Shown in pieces: positions 1 to 13,355 of a stretch of DNA of 64,000 nt; the stretch's first letter is position 1; the number at the start of each line of letters is the position of its first letter. The DNA is from Fistulifera solaris (taxonomy: Eukaryota). Position numbers and translations under genes: made by a program. The notes under the pieces were generated by a model. It was not told the DNA's origin, did not search any database, and saw only the letters and a program-made list of their open reading frames with translations. Where the stretch lies: NCBI GenBank assembly GCA_030295235.1, contig AP026126.1:1922001-1986000 (forward strand). Reading direction: 5' to 3'.

Positions 1-408
1 TGTGATAAAAGGCTATTTCATTATAATCGAGACAAATACGCTACCGGTACCGGTACAATAGGCTAGAAAAGTAAATGAAGCTAAAGTGGTTCGGAAGAAA
101 ACCTACTCATGACTGCAATGCAGTCGTAGCGAAAAAACGAACAACACTCCGGGCTATAGTAAAAATTGAAGAAGAAGATGATGATTACGGAGTATGATGT
201 TATTGACGCGCGATGACGAATGACGAAGATGCAACATTGAAAAAGTGCATTGAGCAAATGTACAAGTACAAGTACCTTTCAAAACCTTTCTGCTTGCCAA
301 GTATCCAGGTTTGCTTCTCATTAACCCATCGAGTGAGTACACGGACCTATTAGCCATACTTGAGGCAGATCGAATATTTTTGTTCCGATTTTTGAGAGTA
401 ATTATCAA

Positions 409-976
409 ATGGCCATCACAACCACTGCACGAACTGTTCTTGCCAGTCTAGGGCTCGTTCTATCGCTCTATGCAGTCTATGTTGAATACAAAATGGAACA
501 TCTCGACGACGGCGAGGATTTCACCGCTCTTTGTGATATTGATGCGATAGGTGCTAGTTGTAGGTGAGTTTTCGGCATGCTTTGCACTTTTGAACGTTGG
601 ATAGTTCTTGCGTTAGCATATCTGACGAATCGAATTTCTTTGGGGAATTTTTTGTAGCAAAACTTTCTCTCTCCCGGAAGGAAAGCTACTTTCTTACTTT
701 GGGATTGTTCCGAGCGGCCATGCTCTCGATTTACCCAACGCTGCGTTGGGGTCTGTCTTCTATGCACAGTTGTTACTTCTTCGTCAACCGATCCGGCACT
801 TTGTCTGCGCCGCGATGATGACTTCGATCTTCCTGGCATATCAGTTAACGTTCGTTTTGGGGGATTTATGTGTTCTTTGCTGGTCGACGCATGTCATCAA
901 TACGATTTTGTTTTATAAGATTGTGCTGTCATCACTTCGGGGACCGGATGGTGCTGGGAAGAAAAAGACAACTTAA
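409..976 (+). CDS. VKOR: Vitamin K epoxide reductase (VKORC1-like), 2 exons (intron 564-657)
   Basis: Manual splice gives MAITTTARTVLASLGLVLSLYAVYVEY...ALCDIDAIGASCS|KTFSLPEGKLLSYFG...LPNAALG...DLCVLCWSTHVIN...KKKTT, with the loop cysteines, the CxxC active site and a C-terminal dilysine ER signal. Intron is GTGAGT...TTGTAG. Confidence 0.9.
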
Positions 977-1078
977 ATTCAGAATAACAGTTTTTTTGTC
1001 TTGACTCGTTTAAGACCTACGTTTGAATGAATAAGTTAGAAATTAGAAAGTGTTGTGGTTGCGAAAGAATTGAGGTAT

Positions 1079-1906
1079 TTAGGCTGAAGCTCGGTCGCTT
1101 TCATTTTCTTTCGACTCATCGGAAGAAGTTGTTTTTGGGTCTTTCTTTTTCGACGCTTGTTCATTTGCTAATACAGCCTTTTCTGTAGAGACGTTCTCTT
1201 GTAATTCTGCAGTGACTTCTTGTTGCTGCACTTGTTCTAGCTTGTCTTTTTCTTTTGTTGTTACTGTGTCAGCAATTGCGGTAGCGGCAGCGACTTGTCC
1301 CACCTTCTCTGATTCGTCGCTTTCCTTTGAAGATTCCTCGAACCAGGGAGGAACACCAGCTTCGTCTTTATCGACCCCAAGTCGCCTGGCTTGCCACTGA
1401 CCCATAACATTGGCCGCGGATACAAAACTCCAACCTCTCACGGTACCTTGCATGTAATAATAATCGTCGGCTGTGGTAGCCCAAATTTTCTTTCCCATGA
1501 TCAAAGACTCTTTACTAGCAGAAAAGAAGCCCGAAGCAATATCGATCGACCACTTTCCTTTCGAGTCATCTCCCCAAATAGCAACGTTGTTTCCGTCTTG
1601 ATCGACGGCACACCGTAACCATGTTTCTTCGATCTTATCGCGATTGTTATCCCAGTTTGTACCAACTAGCCATTCGGACCCAGCAAAATCACTTTCTGTC
1701 AATCGTTCAATTTCAATGTACTCGTAGTCATCGTCATCGTCGCCGCTGCTGTTTTCTGAGACTGCTGTTTCTATGTTCGATGAGGTTGTTGCGGTGCCGA
1801 GGCGATTTACGAAAGGTCTCTTTCGAATAGTTCTTGTGTCAGTGATTGACCATGACCACGAAATGTTGACGAGTAAGAACGGTAACAACGACAATATTGA
1901 TAACAT
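1079..1906 (-). CDS. Hypothetical protein with signal peptide (possibly plastid-targeted), Trp-rich beta domain and charged tail
   Basis: 275-aa ORF with a hydrophobic N-terminus (MLSILSLLPFLLVNISWS-W), a globular Trp/Gly-rich middle and a low-complexity E/K tail. Confidence 0.7.
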   Translation of the reverse strand: MLSILSLLPFLLVNISWSWSITDTRTIRKRPFVNRLGTATTSSNIETAVSENSSGDDDDDYEYIEIERLTESDFAGSEWLVGTNWDNNRDKIEETWLRCAVDQDGNNVAIWGDDSKGKWSIDIASGFFSASKESLIMGKKIWATTADDYYYMQGTVRGWSFVSAANVMGQWQARRLGVDKDEAGVPPWFEESSKESDESEKVGQVAAATAIADTVTTKEKDKLEQVQQQEVTAELQENVSTEKAVLANEQASKKKDPKTTSSDESKENESDRASA

Positions 1907-2173
1907 GATAATCGTTTGATATTAAAAATAATCGTAGAGGAGAAATAAATTGTTTTTCAAGGAAAAGTGCTGCTTGAATACAAAATCTAGCTTTTCAAAT
2001 AATGGAACTTCTACTTTTTGGCCGACGCATGCCGCATTCACTTCCACGTGTTTTTTTTGCCGAAGTATCGTGCGTGATCAGCCCTAATGCTAATCAGGAA
2101 ATAATAGTGCGAGACGATCCACTAACAAAGCCATTACACTTTCCAAGGTACTTGCAGTTTTATAATTTCTGAG

Positions 2174-4894
2174 CTACTCGCATAAGGAAATGCCCGCTTT
2201 GTCTCCCTTTCTACTGCTTATATTGGCCGGGCTGGCCGTATCCCAAAACCATTGATGAAAGCTAGGGTCGACGGTTGGGTCGTGGAAACGAAACTTCGAC
2301 CGCAAGCTTGACACTTCTTCTGGTGTCAATGTAGCTAACGCAGGAAAAAGTGCTAGTTGATGGTCAAGTGGGTCATTGTGAGATGGTGCCAGCATCGACG
2401 TGAACCTGCGACTCATCGAGTCACTTTCTGAGAGCAAATGAAGTACGGGGCGAGGGAACCGATGTTGAGTTCTATCTTCCAACAGTTTTTGGAATTTCGA
2501 GCGTATGTGATCGAAATCTTCTCTTAACGTTGATTTACCGGACCACACAAAAGGTTGTTGAAATGATCTGCTGCGATAATGCTCTGTTTCAACGCGATTG
2601 GAAGGAGTAAAGATTGATTAGCACAGCAAGTGTCGGCTTAACAGGTACATTACTACTTACATTGTCCCAGAGAACCAATGTTTCAGGTGGTGCGGTTCCT
2701 CGAAGACTAACGTCGGCCACCAACTTGGGATCGTGGAGTGAGCCTGTTGTCCATACAGTCGGTGCCATCATGTTGAGGCAGTCGTCCAGCGGTAACCGAA
2801 GGAACAGAGACCGCTTTTCAGCTCGGTCATCACTGGACTGTACCGGGCCTGGACTTATAAGAGGTCCCCGGCGTAAATAATACAACAAACGCAATGATTC
2901 TGATAGCTCTGGTGGAAAAGTAAAGTCCATCGAAGACCCCACGGCTTTGGTTTGCCCTTCTTCAGTTAAATCCAACCTGTAAAGTAAAATTGTCAGGTTA
3001 TTGAATACAAATAAAAGGGCTTATCGCAGGCTACTCACGCTCTTGCGCCTTCTTGAAGTCCCAACAATCTAAACTCGCCGGAGATGTTTTGAATAGTTGC
3101 ATCGATATCCTTTTGCACTTGGTAAGCTAACTTTTCCATTTCTGCTGGATCAACAGGTTCATCATTTAATACTCCATCCGATTCGCGCCCATACAAAGCG
3201 CGATATACAGCTTCTTTGGCCAACACGACAGGAACAACATCTTCGTCGACTGAATCTAAGTAAGTGCTTACATCCTTTGCCAAACTCAAACGATACGTCG
3301 AGATACGTGTGATCATCATTGAGCCGGAAGCGTCCATGTACCTCGCAACAAATTGGAAGTGTGCAAAGTCGGTGTCTTCACCAATCTCAGGAAGAACCCG
3401 CAACATCATCGACAGCGTCGTCAATGGGTCGTGACGACAGATACGGACACGCATTACCATATCTTCAAACGTAACACGATCTGGGAGTTTATTTGTCTCA
3501 GTGCCATGTTTAGCCGCAAGTGCGGACCCTGCAGCGAATGTTGCACGCTCATTTGGGAGAAGTATCTTTTCGTCGTCCAGAAACTCGCCCATTCCTATTA
3601 GATGCGTTGCTTCCACAAAACTGTAGATACATTTGGAGTTAAGAGAAAAAGTCGAAAGGGTTTACTCCTTGAACGAAAAAAATTCAATTTACCTTGGCAG
3701 CCTAACATCAATGACACATCCGTCAATCCATTTTTTATCCTTGTCGTCGTCAACATACAGCCCTGAAAGATACGTTTCATTCAGCACGTACTTGATATTG
3801 TCTACCAGGTTGGCTGCATTATCTTGACACAAGGCATATCCCCCAGTTGGTTCCACGATACTGTTCCACGCAGGAACAGCAAGTTCTTGCACTCCTGTCA
3901 AGAACGCATCGATTCCTATCCCTGCATTCGCTGCCTGCAAACCAATCGGCGACCAAAAGTCTATAATGCTAGCGGCTAGTTGAACTGGATCGACACGAGT
4001 CGATTTTTTCCGCGCAAGTTGTACCTACACCAAGGTTGGGAGCACCGTTCGTAAAGACAAGGATACGAGCCGTTCGTGCCGCCGCAACGCTGGCCAGTTC
4101 GATCGCACAACTGATTGCTTCCCCCGTACAACGAGATTGCATATCTCGCTGATGAGACCGAGACTGTAACCACGGGGATGTCGGTGGCTCTGGTAGCTGC
4201 TGCTCGTTCTGTCGGGCTTGTTTGCGTTCCTTCAACATTTCCAGGCGAGATTTGGGTTTGTTCGATTCTTCCCTTCCCCCTGTGGTCCCCGTAAAAAGCA
4301 TCCAGACAGTTAGAAACAGCCTCCCAATCTCTTGACGACTTCATGGGATGTAAATATTGCGTTTTCTTATCGGGAGAATCACAAAAGCCGATACAAGTGG
4401 CGTAGACATGTAAAGCGCAAATTTCACATGATGTCGAGAAAATATGGACAGAATTATCAAAGATCAGTAACCCAAGTTGCACATCTGGATCGTTCTCTAA
4501 TGTACTTCGAATTGCTTTTCTGATGGCTCTCACTTCCGAGCCGATCAAATGGGCGTCCAGCACAAGTAGTACATTTCTTCGCTGGTTATCATTTTCCACT
4601 GGCTGTGAAAACTCCAATTGCGGTTGTGCCATCACAATTGGGTCAATATCGGCCGTCGCAATATTTTGAAACCCACAAAAGGACAAAGCCATTCATTTTT
4701 GTTGTTCATTTCGCAGTAAAGGTTGTGATAAGAGAGACATTTCAGACATTGCGGCACGGCTCTGTCCGTTGTCGATCCGCTCGACCCGCCCAAAGGAGAC
4801 CAAACGAAGCCAAGGGGAGGTTACAGCTCCGATCCGGACCTGCGGGGCATTTACTAGAAGTAAAAGCTACTTCATTGCTTCTCATCATTGTCAT
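2174..4894 (-). CDS. Sec23/Sec24-family COPII coat protein (multi-exon, frameshifted in assembly)
   Basis: Zn finger (PQCLKC...WLCPFCGFQN across a 1-nt shift), vWA/trunk (VLLVLDAHL, RCTGEAISCA, RILVFTNGAPNLGVG), beta-sandwich (FQFVARY..RIST), helical region (LYYLRRGPL) and gelsolin-like end (RFPRP, SMSRRF). Start is approximate. Confidence 0.8.
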
Positions 4895-5444
4895 CGCATC
4901 TATATAAAGAAGTAATATCGAATCATTGCAGAAAATGAAAGTTTGTTTCTTTTAGCAGTTTAGTCGTCAATGCTCGATGTTAACGGCGTCGTCTGACCGT
5001 ACTCCGTACTTGAGAGCTTCACCTTAGCTTGATTTTACCCCGGAATATTCCGTATTTCCTAAGCAAGGAAGTTGTAAACAGCCACATGCAAAACAAAAAT
5101 AGACACGCACACTATTCCCGTCGCGCCCGAGCGAATCTTTCTTGATGTTAGGGCGAAAGAGTCTTATGCGGACAGACAAGATTTGTTGGAAGTAAACAAG
5201 AACAGGCGACACACTTTTAATTGCCGCAGTAGCTTCGTCCGCATTTATAATTAGACTATACTGCATTTGATGCGGAAATATTGTAAAGTACTCTAATAGT
5301 AAGTTATGTGGAATAATATAGACAAGGTCAAGGGTGTTTGTCTCTCGTGTTGGCCCTCTCTGACGATGATTCCAGTGTTAGTAATGTACAAATGTACCAT
5401 CCCATTGCTTTGACAATGTAGTGGTATAGCTTCAATCGTGTCGC

Positions 5445-6200
5445 TCAAGCAGCTGGTGAATGTTTGTGAGGAAGAACTGATTCAAAGAGGAAAATGTTGA
5501 GCTTAAAGTGCATGATTTCGCATTCAATTTGCATCAGTTCCGACATGTATGCAGAGAATATTAACAGCTCCCGGATTCTGTCGAGACAAGAGATCACGTG
5601 TCTTTTGTGACCAATGTAGGAGTAGATGTTGCCCATGTTGTTGTTAATCGATAATTCAAGAATTCTCTCTCGAGGCCCGAGTTCATGTCGTCTTTCGGAC
5701 ATGACCTCTAGTGTCTTTGTGTAGATGCTAAGCGCCTTCTGAAGATTAGAGAAGCGCTGTTCGGCTGTGGAGACTCCTTTCAGGTGAAAAGATAGTGCCA
5801 TATTGTAAAGAAGCGTTACGGACGTAAGTCGCAGCGATGCCTCGGAGATTTCCCCAGAGCTCCCCACATGGAATGCCTTCATACATACAGGGAAATCAGC
5901 ACAAGATACATCTTCATCATCCCAAGCTGGAGTTTGAAGATCTTGCCATGTAAGAAAGGAATCAACCATCTCGCTTTCCCAGGCTCGTACGTTCGAGGTA
6001 TACAAATGAGGTATTAAACGCCCGAGCGTCGATTTCGCGTTTAGTATAGCATCGTCGTAAAGCCCTTGTGCAACTTTGTCCACAACGATCGCATTTTCTA
6101 AGAAAATTGTTGTCGTCTCCATCGTTTTGTCGTTGGTAACAACAACAAGTTTCTCAGCGAGGAAATGGCGACGAACGCTGTGAAGCACCTTTGTTGGCAC
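5445..6200 (-). CDS. Hypothetical alpha-helical/TPR-like protein
   Basis: 251-aa ORF with motifs TLLYNMALSFHL, LQKALSIY and SINNNMGNIY and a C-terminal SPAA, resembling an expanded diatom family from memory. True start may be METTT near 6123. Confidence 0.65.
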   Translation of the reverse strand: MPTKVLHSVRRHFLAEKLVVVTNDKTMETTTIFLENAIVVDKVAQGLYDDAILNAKSTLGRLIPHLYTSNVRAWESEMVDSFLTWQDLQTPAWDDEDVSCADFPVCMKAFHVGSSGEISEASLRLTSVTLLYNMALSFHLKGVSTAEQRFSNLQKALSIYTKTLEVMSERRHELGPRERILELSINNNMGNIYSYIGHKRHVISCLDRIRELLIFSAYMSELMQIECEIMHFKLNIFLFESVLPHKHSPAA

Positions 6201-7194
6201 GTTGATGGGTCGGAAGGGCGAAAAGGGCGAAAAAGGAGCGGAGGTGCGGAGGAGGCAACGATGACGCAGGTGAAAGTTGAATTACGCAAACAAATTCTAC
6301 AGCCCTTCCCGTACTGCTTCTACGAATTACATGCAATACGTGCCCCCGGCTCCAGAGAAGTCGTAGACTCTTTCTTGTACGACTGTACGACGGATCCTTT
6401 ATTCCTTGTCCGGAGTACACTTTTGTATCTTGTCTTTTTCTGTGCTTGTCCTTGTCCTTTGTGGATTATCGGAGGTACATCTTACTTTATAGTCAGTGAC
6501 TCAGGTTCGCATTTTCGAAAAATAGGTATCTTCAGGCTGACTTTTCTGTATCTATAACAAAATGTTTAACGCTGTACTTTTCCTTCCATACCCTTTTCGA
6601 AAGTCGATGACGCAAATTTTGGTTTCACGACTGTTCACTTTCAACTCTCTCTCAATCGATAGCTAGCTTGGATGGATGGCTGGATGCATAATTGCTGGTT
6701 GTTAAAGTTGTGCGTTTTAACTCGTCCCAACTAAGTCCCAACTCCCAAGGTGAGCTCTCCCTTGGAACCTGGAGCACTTACTCCTTTTCTCTCGTCTCTT
6801 GCTCGCTAGAGAGAGCTAGCAAAGGCGCAATTCATATTTGAGGTGCAACTGTGCAACGTGCAACATGATACCTCGGGCTCTTCAAAGAATCTGGACGCTG
6901 ACTTCTTGTTTGTTAACACTGGAAACTTCTACAGTGACCCAGTGATAAAAGAAAAGTCCAGTAGTTACGAAACTTCCCCATCCTATCACTAAAGTGCAAA
7001 GAGATGTAGGTTTATTTCTTTGCTACAGGGATCTTCCATTCTAAATCTAACAACTCTCTAGTTTCATCTTTCTCCTCACTTGAAGAATACTAGGAAGTGA
7101 AGCGATATTGATTAGTAGCTTATCGAGAATGTCTTTGCAGCACTTGAGGTTACGAAGATGTTAGACTTGATGATAATCGAAAAAAGCACACAAT

Positions 7195-8763
7195 TTAGTC
7201 CTCCATCACTGCCTTTTCGCGCTTCAACTTTTCTTTTCGCGCTTCATTCCATAAAGTATTTAAGCTCTGAGAAAGCGTCGCACTTCTAACGTTCAAGTCT
7301 TTCGTTCGTTCCATGACTTGCTCGTAGATACTTTGTCTTGAACTATTCATGACGACACAATCGTCTTGCAAACACGCATCCATATCAGTGGCGTTTCGAA
7401 TCAAGTCTACCATCCAACGTTCTGCTTCGGCGGGCGCCATGGCCAACTTGTCTCCTAGAGCTTGAAGATCAATCTTGTGATGAATTCGACAGTAGTTTTC
7501 GAACACAAAAATACGGGCTTCTTCCATAAAGACAGCGGTTTGCTGGCAAAGAAAGAAATCGGCGCGGAGTACTTTCTCGCATTCTTGCAGTTTGACCTGG
7601 GCCGCATCAAAGTCGTACTTGACGCACAAGCAATTGACAAACTCGACAATAGGGTCGGTGTATTCACAATCTTGCAAGACATACACCAACTGCTTCATGA
7701 GTCGTCGGGCTTCTACAGTTTTGGAGGTTACACGACGCTTGCACAAGAGTACGGCGGCAGTCAAGTAACGAAGCAAGTGAGGAGCATTGGTGGTGATGGC
7801 TTGTTTGTATTTTTCCGTCATGCACAAATCGACCAACTGTTCGAGACCTCCCGGACCGTTCCAGTAAACAAAGAGAGACCAATGCAAGAGCCATGTTCGC
7901 TGTTGCAAAGCTTCGAGAGCGCTAATTTGGTTCATTTGCGTCAGTGTTTCCATGGCTGTCTTGACCGCATCCAGAGCTGTGCGCGCTGCGGTCCAATCTT
8001 CGACGAGAATTTCACACGCCAATTTGCCCCACAAAACCTGTAGCATATCCTTATCTACTTTTTTGAGATAATACATACTCGGGTTTCCTAGATCAGGATT
8101 GTTTTGCGCTTGCTGTTGGTGTTTGGATTGTTGCACTCCGGCGAGAACCAAATCTTCTTCTTCATCCTCCGCAGAGGTCGCCGGTGGCGACGCATGCCAC
8201 GAGATGTAATGCGTCAACATGTCTCTCGAACTTTTGTAGTCTCCACAATCGAAATGAAAGCGTGCTAACGCAAGATAGGTTTGAATCATTTCGCTGGTAG
8301 TCTCTGGCAGCTGCGTGAGACCAGCGACATTCCATTTTCCGCTTTCGACAAGTTTCTTCTGTAAAAGGAACGAACAAAGCGTTGAGTTACAAGAAATATA
8401 TGATTTGTCCTTCTGCATAAACTAAAGAATAAATACCTTTCCGTTTTCATCTTGACAAAGTTTCAAAAGAGGTTCGCAGCCGTTCTTGAGCGTTTCCAGT
8501 TGCTGATAGACCTGTTCTTTCTGTTGCTTCATTTCCGCAGGCGCATCTCCGTGCAATGCCTTGTGACATTCGGCTGCATAATCCACCATATGCGTCGGAC
8601 GCAACAATTCGAGTCGAGCCGCAGCGACATCGTCTTTCGAATAATCCAAATTTTCAATAATGTATTCGAGTAAGGGGAAGATGAGATGACGATCTAAATA
8701 GGGTGATACTTGCGCCGTCAAATCCCATTGTTCTGCCGTCGATTCAGTACTATGGGCCGTCAT
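7195..8763 (-). CDS. EIF3E: Translation initiation factor 3 subunit E (INT6), 2 exons
   Basis: WDLTAQVSPYLDRHLIFPLLEY, LWGKLACEIL, LQQRTWLLHWSLFVYW and PCI domain EEARIFVFENYCRIH; intron approx. 8360-8437. Confidence 0.95.
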
Positions 8764-9158
8764 TCTTCCTGTTGTTTGTTTCCAATAAACAATGAATTGA
8801 GGAACTACGAGGATAGATAGGTTCAGAGCTTTATACAGCACGATTTTATTCTCATGGTGAAGGGGATAGAAAAGCGGAGCGCGACTGTACACTGTACGGT
8901 GCAATCTCGTCCGTTCATTCATTTCACCGTCTGGTCATGGACCGTTTCTCGTTTCTCAGCATGAAACGTCTTCAGTACCGGTTCTAGTTGTCTTTGGAAA
9001 CACAGGGAGGAGCGACGGTACGACACACAACCCGAACACCAAACATCCGCTTTCGCGACAAAACGTTTTCTTTCGTTGACACTCTTTGTTGTCCGCAGTC
9101 CGCAGTCGCATAAAAACCAAAACTAACAAGGTACCATGTTTCTTTGATCCTTTCTATA

Positions 9159-10353
9159 ATGAAACAAGCCGTATTGCTTTCGCTCTTACTTTACGCCGGA
9201 TGGAGTACCGGCGTTAGAGCCTTTATTGCTCCGATTCATCATCTGCAACGACAGAAAAGATTTGTCACTCCACAGTATGCGTCACGACGTGATTTTCTCG
9301 TGACATCAGCTCTAGCTGCGACGGCTCCGGATGGTACTGGCGCTACCACAAATCAAACACCGCAACCACTTGTCACTCTGCCAATGATTCGACTACAATT
9401 GCCCAAAAATGGATTCGGCCGCGAATACATCGCCATGCCTCTTTACATCAATGGCAAGGACCGTATGAATTCATGCTCGATACGGGTCTCACTGCTGAAT
9501 TCATTACGCCTCATTTGGAAAAGAAGTCTTCAGGGCCAGGCCCGATTCGTCGCCACGATCCTTTTCGGTGCAAGGAATTGCGGCGGCAGGGACGAGTACA
9601 CAACGGTTGGTCGATTTGCCAGGCGTTTCGTTGTGCTGCAAGCGCGATGGAGAATCTCTCAATGTGCCCGAGTTGCATGCCATCGTCACCGACTTTCCTC
9701 AAGAGCATATAGATCCAAAGCATGATCCGATTGAAGGTATGCTGGGGATGGAATTTCTCAGTATGTACGATGTTGACTTGGACTTTCCCAACAATCAGAT
9801 TCGTCTGTACGAGCAAGGCACCTTGTCGTGTCCCAAGAATATGGTAGAAATCCCTGCGACTGTGATCAATGAGACGGGATTGTTGGCAATTCGCGTGAAG
9901 AAACCCGGTCTAAATCAGCCAGTCGTGGCTTTGATCGATTGTGGAAGTGCCTTTTCGGTCGTCAATTGGGCGGCAACGCCATTCTTGGGAATGTCTTCGG
10001 ATAAGAAAGATTATCAGAATCTACCGGCCATTCAAGGGATTGGAGTAGATGGAAAGACGATGCAGTTGCCGATATCACCCCAACAGACACTCACTTTCGT
10101 AGGCGAACCTCGCATGGATCAGGGGCGAATTGTTGGATTTCAAGAGCCTCCTAATGACTGGAGAAATTGGAAGCCAATTAGTCTGGCAGTGGGTGATCTA
10201 CCCGCGTTCTCCAATGTACTCGGAGATGGCGTGACACCGTATCGGGGTCCGGCTATCTTGATCGGGTTGGATATTTTGTCACAGCGGCGAGTCATTTTCA
10301 AGGGGTCCGAAACACGACGCCGCCAAATATTCATTACCAAAGACCAGGCCTAG
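9159..10353 (+). CDS. Two-domain retropepsin-like aspartyl protease with bipartite presequence (frameshifted in assembly)
   Basis: Signal peptide ending VRA-FIAP; two catalytic-type motifs F-MLDTG and LIDCGS, each followed by G-x-LG-hydrophobic motifs (GMLGMEFL, ILIGLDIL). Confidence 0.8.
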
Positions 10354-11180
10354 AGACTAAACGCTTAATATGTAACGGCCAACATTCCCATCGCGCAAAC
10401 CATCGGTAATTAAACGTCGACCTCGCCAAGTCACTCGAGTTCACATTTTGGTCTCGACGAAATTTGAAAGAAACACTTTTATGATTGAAGCATGAATATG
10501 ATATATGATACGACGTCTACGTATAACGGATTAGAATCTAGACACGAGTGACCAGCAAGGTAAACAGAACAGTTCCGCGAGCAATCAACCATTGGGATTT
10601 TGCTATATTTAGACTTTCCCAGTAGAGTTAAGGCTTAACACGTGGAAAACATGGATACTATGACGAATTTCAATACCGTATAGATATTTCACAACTCACA
10701 TCATATTGCTATAGCAGCCTCACTCTTCGTAACAAAAGTTTGACTTGCGTTGAGTTACTTAGGGATTTTCTTCCAATCTCCAAACCATTCCAATTCATCA
10801 AAATTTAGTCACGTACAAAGTATTCACTGCTGGCTCGTTTCTGATTCAGCTGCTCCACGTCAATGGGATTAACTCAATCCGATACATTCCACTCAGAACT
10901 CAACATTCGACTATACCTTGTTCTGTACTATGCCAGCTGATGTGGGCAGAAATTGAAACAACTCATCAACGAGGCGGCTTTGCTTTGCTCACGAAAAAGG
11001 ATTCCGCCATGCACCAAAACTGAGTCCGCATTGACATCAGCATGATATGATTAGAGTCATCAAAGTTTCTATAAACTGAAGCAAAGCATTACACTTGTAG
11101 TTTCTCTTTGTGCAAAGCGATTGAGCGTGAATTTAAGCCAATACATCACCGTCGCAATCCACACGAGTTTCGAAATTACA

Positions 11181-12545
11181 ATGCCAACAACAAATACGCG
11201 CGACAATCGATGTGAAGATGGGACTGAAAAACCTGCAGCGGTCTCCTCAACTTCTTTGGATAGTATGCATCTTTCGAACAGCGAAAGCAATAATCCCGGC
11301 AGAGCATCCGCAGCAGAGTCAACAATATCCAATATCCATGTCCCAGGACCACAAAAAGTGTCCCCTGTTTTAACCCATCAAACCAATCAATACGACTTGC
11401 ACCGTCCATCATTTCTTTCGAACAGCATGATTGGGCTAGCTCAGCCCACCGGAGGCGCAGTACCCGAATTTCTTTTTCAGTTGACGAAAATGCTGACCGA
11501 CAACAATAGAGAGGTCATTGAATGGTCGAACGGTACGGCTAATGTGATGATGAATCTTTGAAAGATCGCATGCCTGAATAAATTTTTAATGAGGGGGGCT
11601 GACATTTCGTTGTTGAATTTCGCACAGGTATGATCAAAGTACACAATCCTCCGAAGCTGGAATCTCAAGTGATGCATAAGTAAGTAGAACTTGCCTTTCT
11701 ATTGAATCTTGGATCCATACCTCGAAACTAAGGCTCGTATGTTTTCCGCTTAAAGATATTTCAGGCATTCAAAGTTCTCAAGCTTTCAACGTCAACTCAA
11801 TTATTTTGGCTTTCGAAAGCTTGCTGGTAAAGGCAAAATGGCGCCGTGTTCGTATGTCAATGAATCAACCGGTAAGGAGATCAACAGTTTGTTGAGAATC
11901 AAGGTAAGACAAGAATGAACTACTGCTATTGCATCAAATCTTGTCTTCGCCTCTCAGTTTTTAATTAATCTGTACGTTCAGCGCAAAACTGGAGCCACCA
12001 TATCTACCAAAGAGGAGGAAAAATCTAGATCTATAAAGCATAAACCACCTGAGCCTTCCATTGTAAAGCCCGCTAAAGTGTTACCACCGCCGACACGAAT
12101 GGAGCCAATTTCACATGGATCCTTGAAGCAATCTACCCAGCCCGCTTCCTCATCTCAGCTCGCTTTGGCTCGATCTGCGGTGGGGCGAGGAATACGACAT
12201 GGAATTACGCTTTCATCGAAATCGACTCCCTTGACGGAGGCGGCGCAAGTTCCAGATCCCTTGGTACAGCACCGATCCGATAGTTTGTCTCAGCTGGCGT
12301 CCAACTATCAGCATTCGTTAGATGAACACCGATCTTACGGCGACGTCAGATCAGAGAACGAACATTATGAAGGACGGCTCAGTCGCGATTCGTCTTTAGT
12401 GGATCTTGCCATGATACCATCATTGGAGGATGTCGGCGCCTATCAACACGAATCAACAACATCAACAAAAGACGAGTTTGGGTGGGGGTTTGTAGACTTT
12501 CCATATCCAGAATTGGATCCTAGCTCCAACGTCGAACAAAGATAG
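11181..12545 (+). CDS. Heat shock transcription factor (HSF DNA-binding domain), 4 exons
   Basis: [12 protein letters not shown]...[46 protein letters not shown] introns starting near 11533, 11680 and 11904. Confidence 0.9.
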
Positions 12546-13355
12546 AGCTAGCCCATTGACGCATGTGAGCCGACTCTCTCTAATTTGTGAATGTACATAA
12601 TATTAGTTTTTTAAAAAGCTGCAATGTTCTGAAAACAACACTATTAGCAATGGATATCATGTTGATAAGGCGTTGATAGGGGACGATATCTGGACATCGT
12701 GACTAGGTTTCGCGGGAGTGATTAATGAAAGTGTTAGAGAAAGTAGATCAATTGATAGCTGTGGTGCGTGGTATCTAGAGAGAATCGAATATTTTCAAAG
12801 AAGCAAAAAAAGAAAAGGGATCATCATCACCGCCCGAAACCCGAATGTAAATCGGCCATGGGAAATGCGGGGGGTTGCGGGATGCGGGAGAATAGAAATA
12901 AGGGCTATGTCAAGTATTTGTTCTTTACGCCCGAACAAAGAACTAAGCCTTCGCAATTGACAACGTCAGTTCTTGGAGACTTTTTTAGCTTGGAATTAAG
13001 ATCACGAGATTAGCTAATTTTCTCGACTTGCTTACAGACATCTGTGTTATTCTTACTGTACGTTTTCCAGAGTGAGATGTTTGGTGTTCGCTTTGGGTAC
13101 GTTTTCTGCATTTTGCGTCCTTCTCGGTGGTATCTACTACTTGAATTTATAGCAAATGCAGTGCACCATCATTTTACTTCAACATACGTCAAACCCAAAC
13201 CGACGCCGACGCGACGCTTTTTCCGATCGTAGCCGTACCAGGTACCAGGAATAATCGTTTGCTTTTCCTCCCATAAAAATCGATTGGCTTTTCACATACC
13301 AGTTAACTTACCAGGTATCATTTGCTTGCGTTACATTCCAAATATACACGAAAAA

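Noticed and set aside
7462..8043. Long antisense ORFs (for example opposite eIF3e, Lhcf and XRN)
   Set aside because: Shadow ORFs expected from the codon bias of the real genes; no recognisable motifs.
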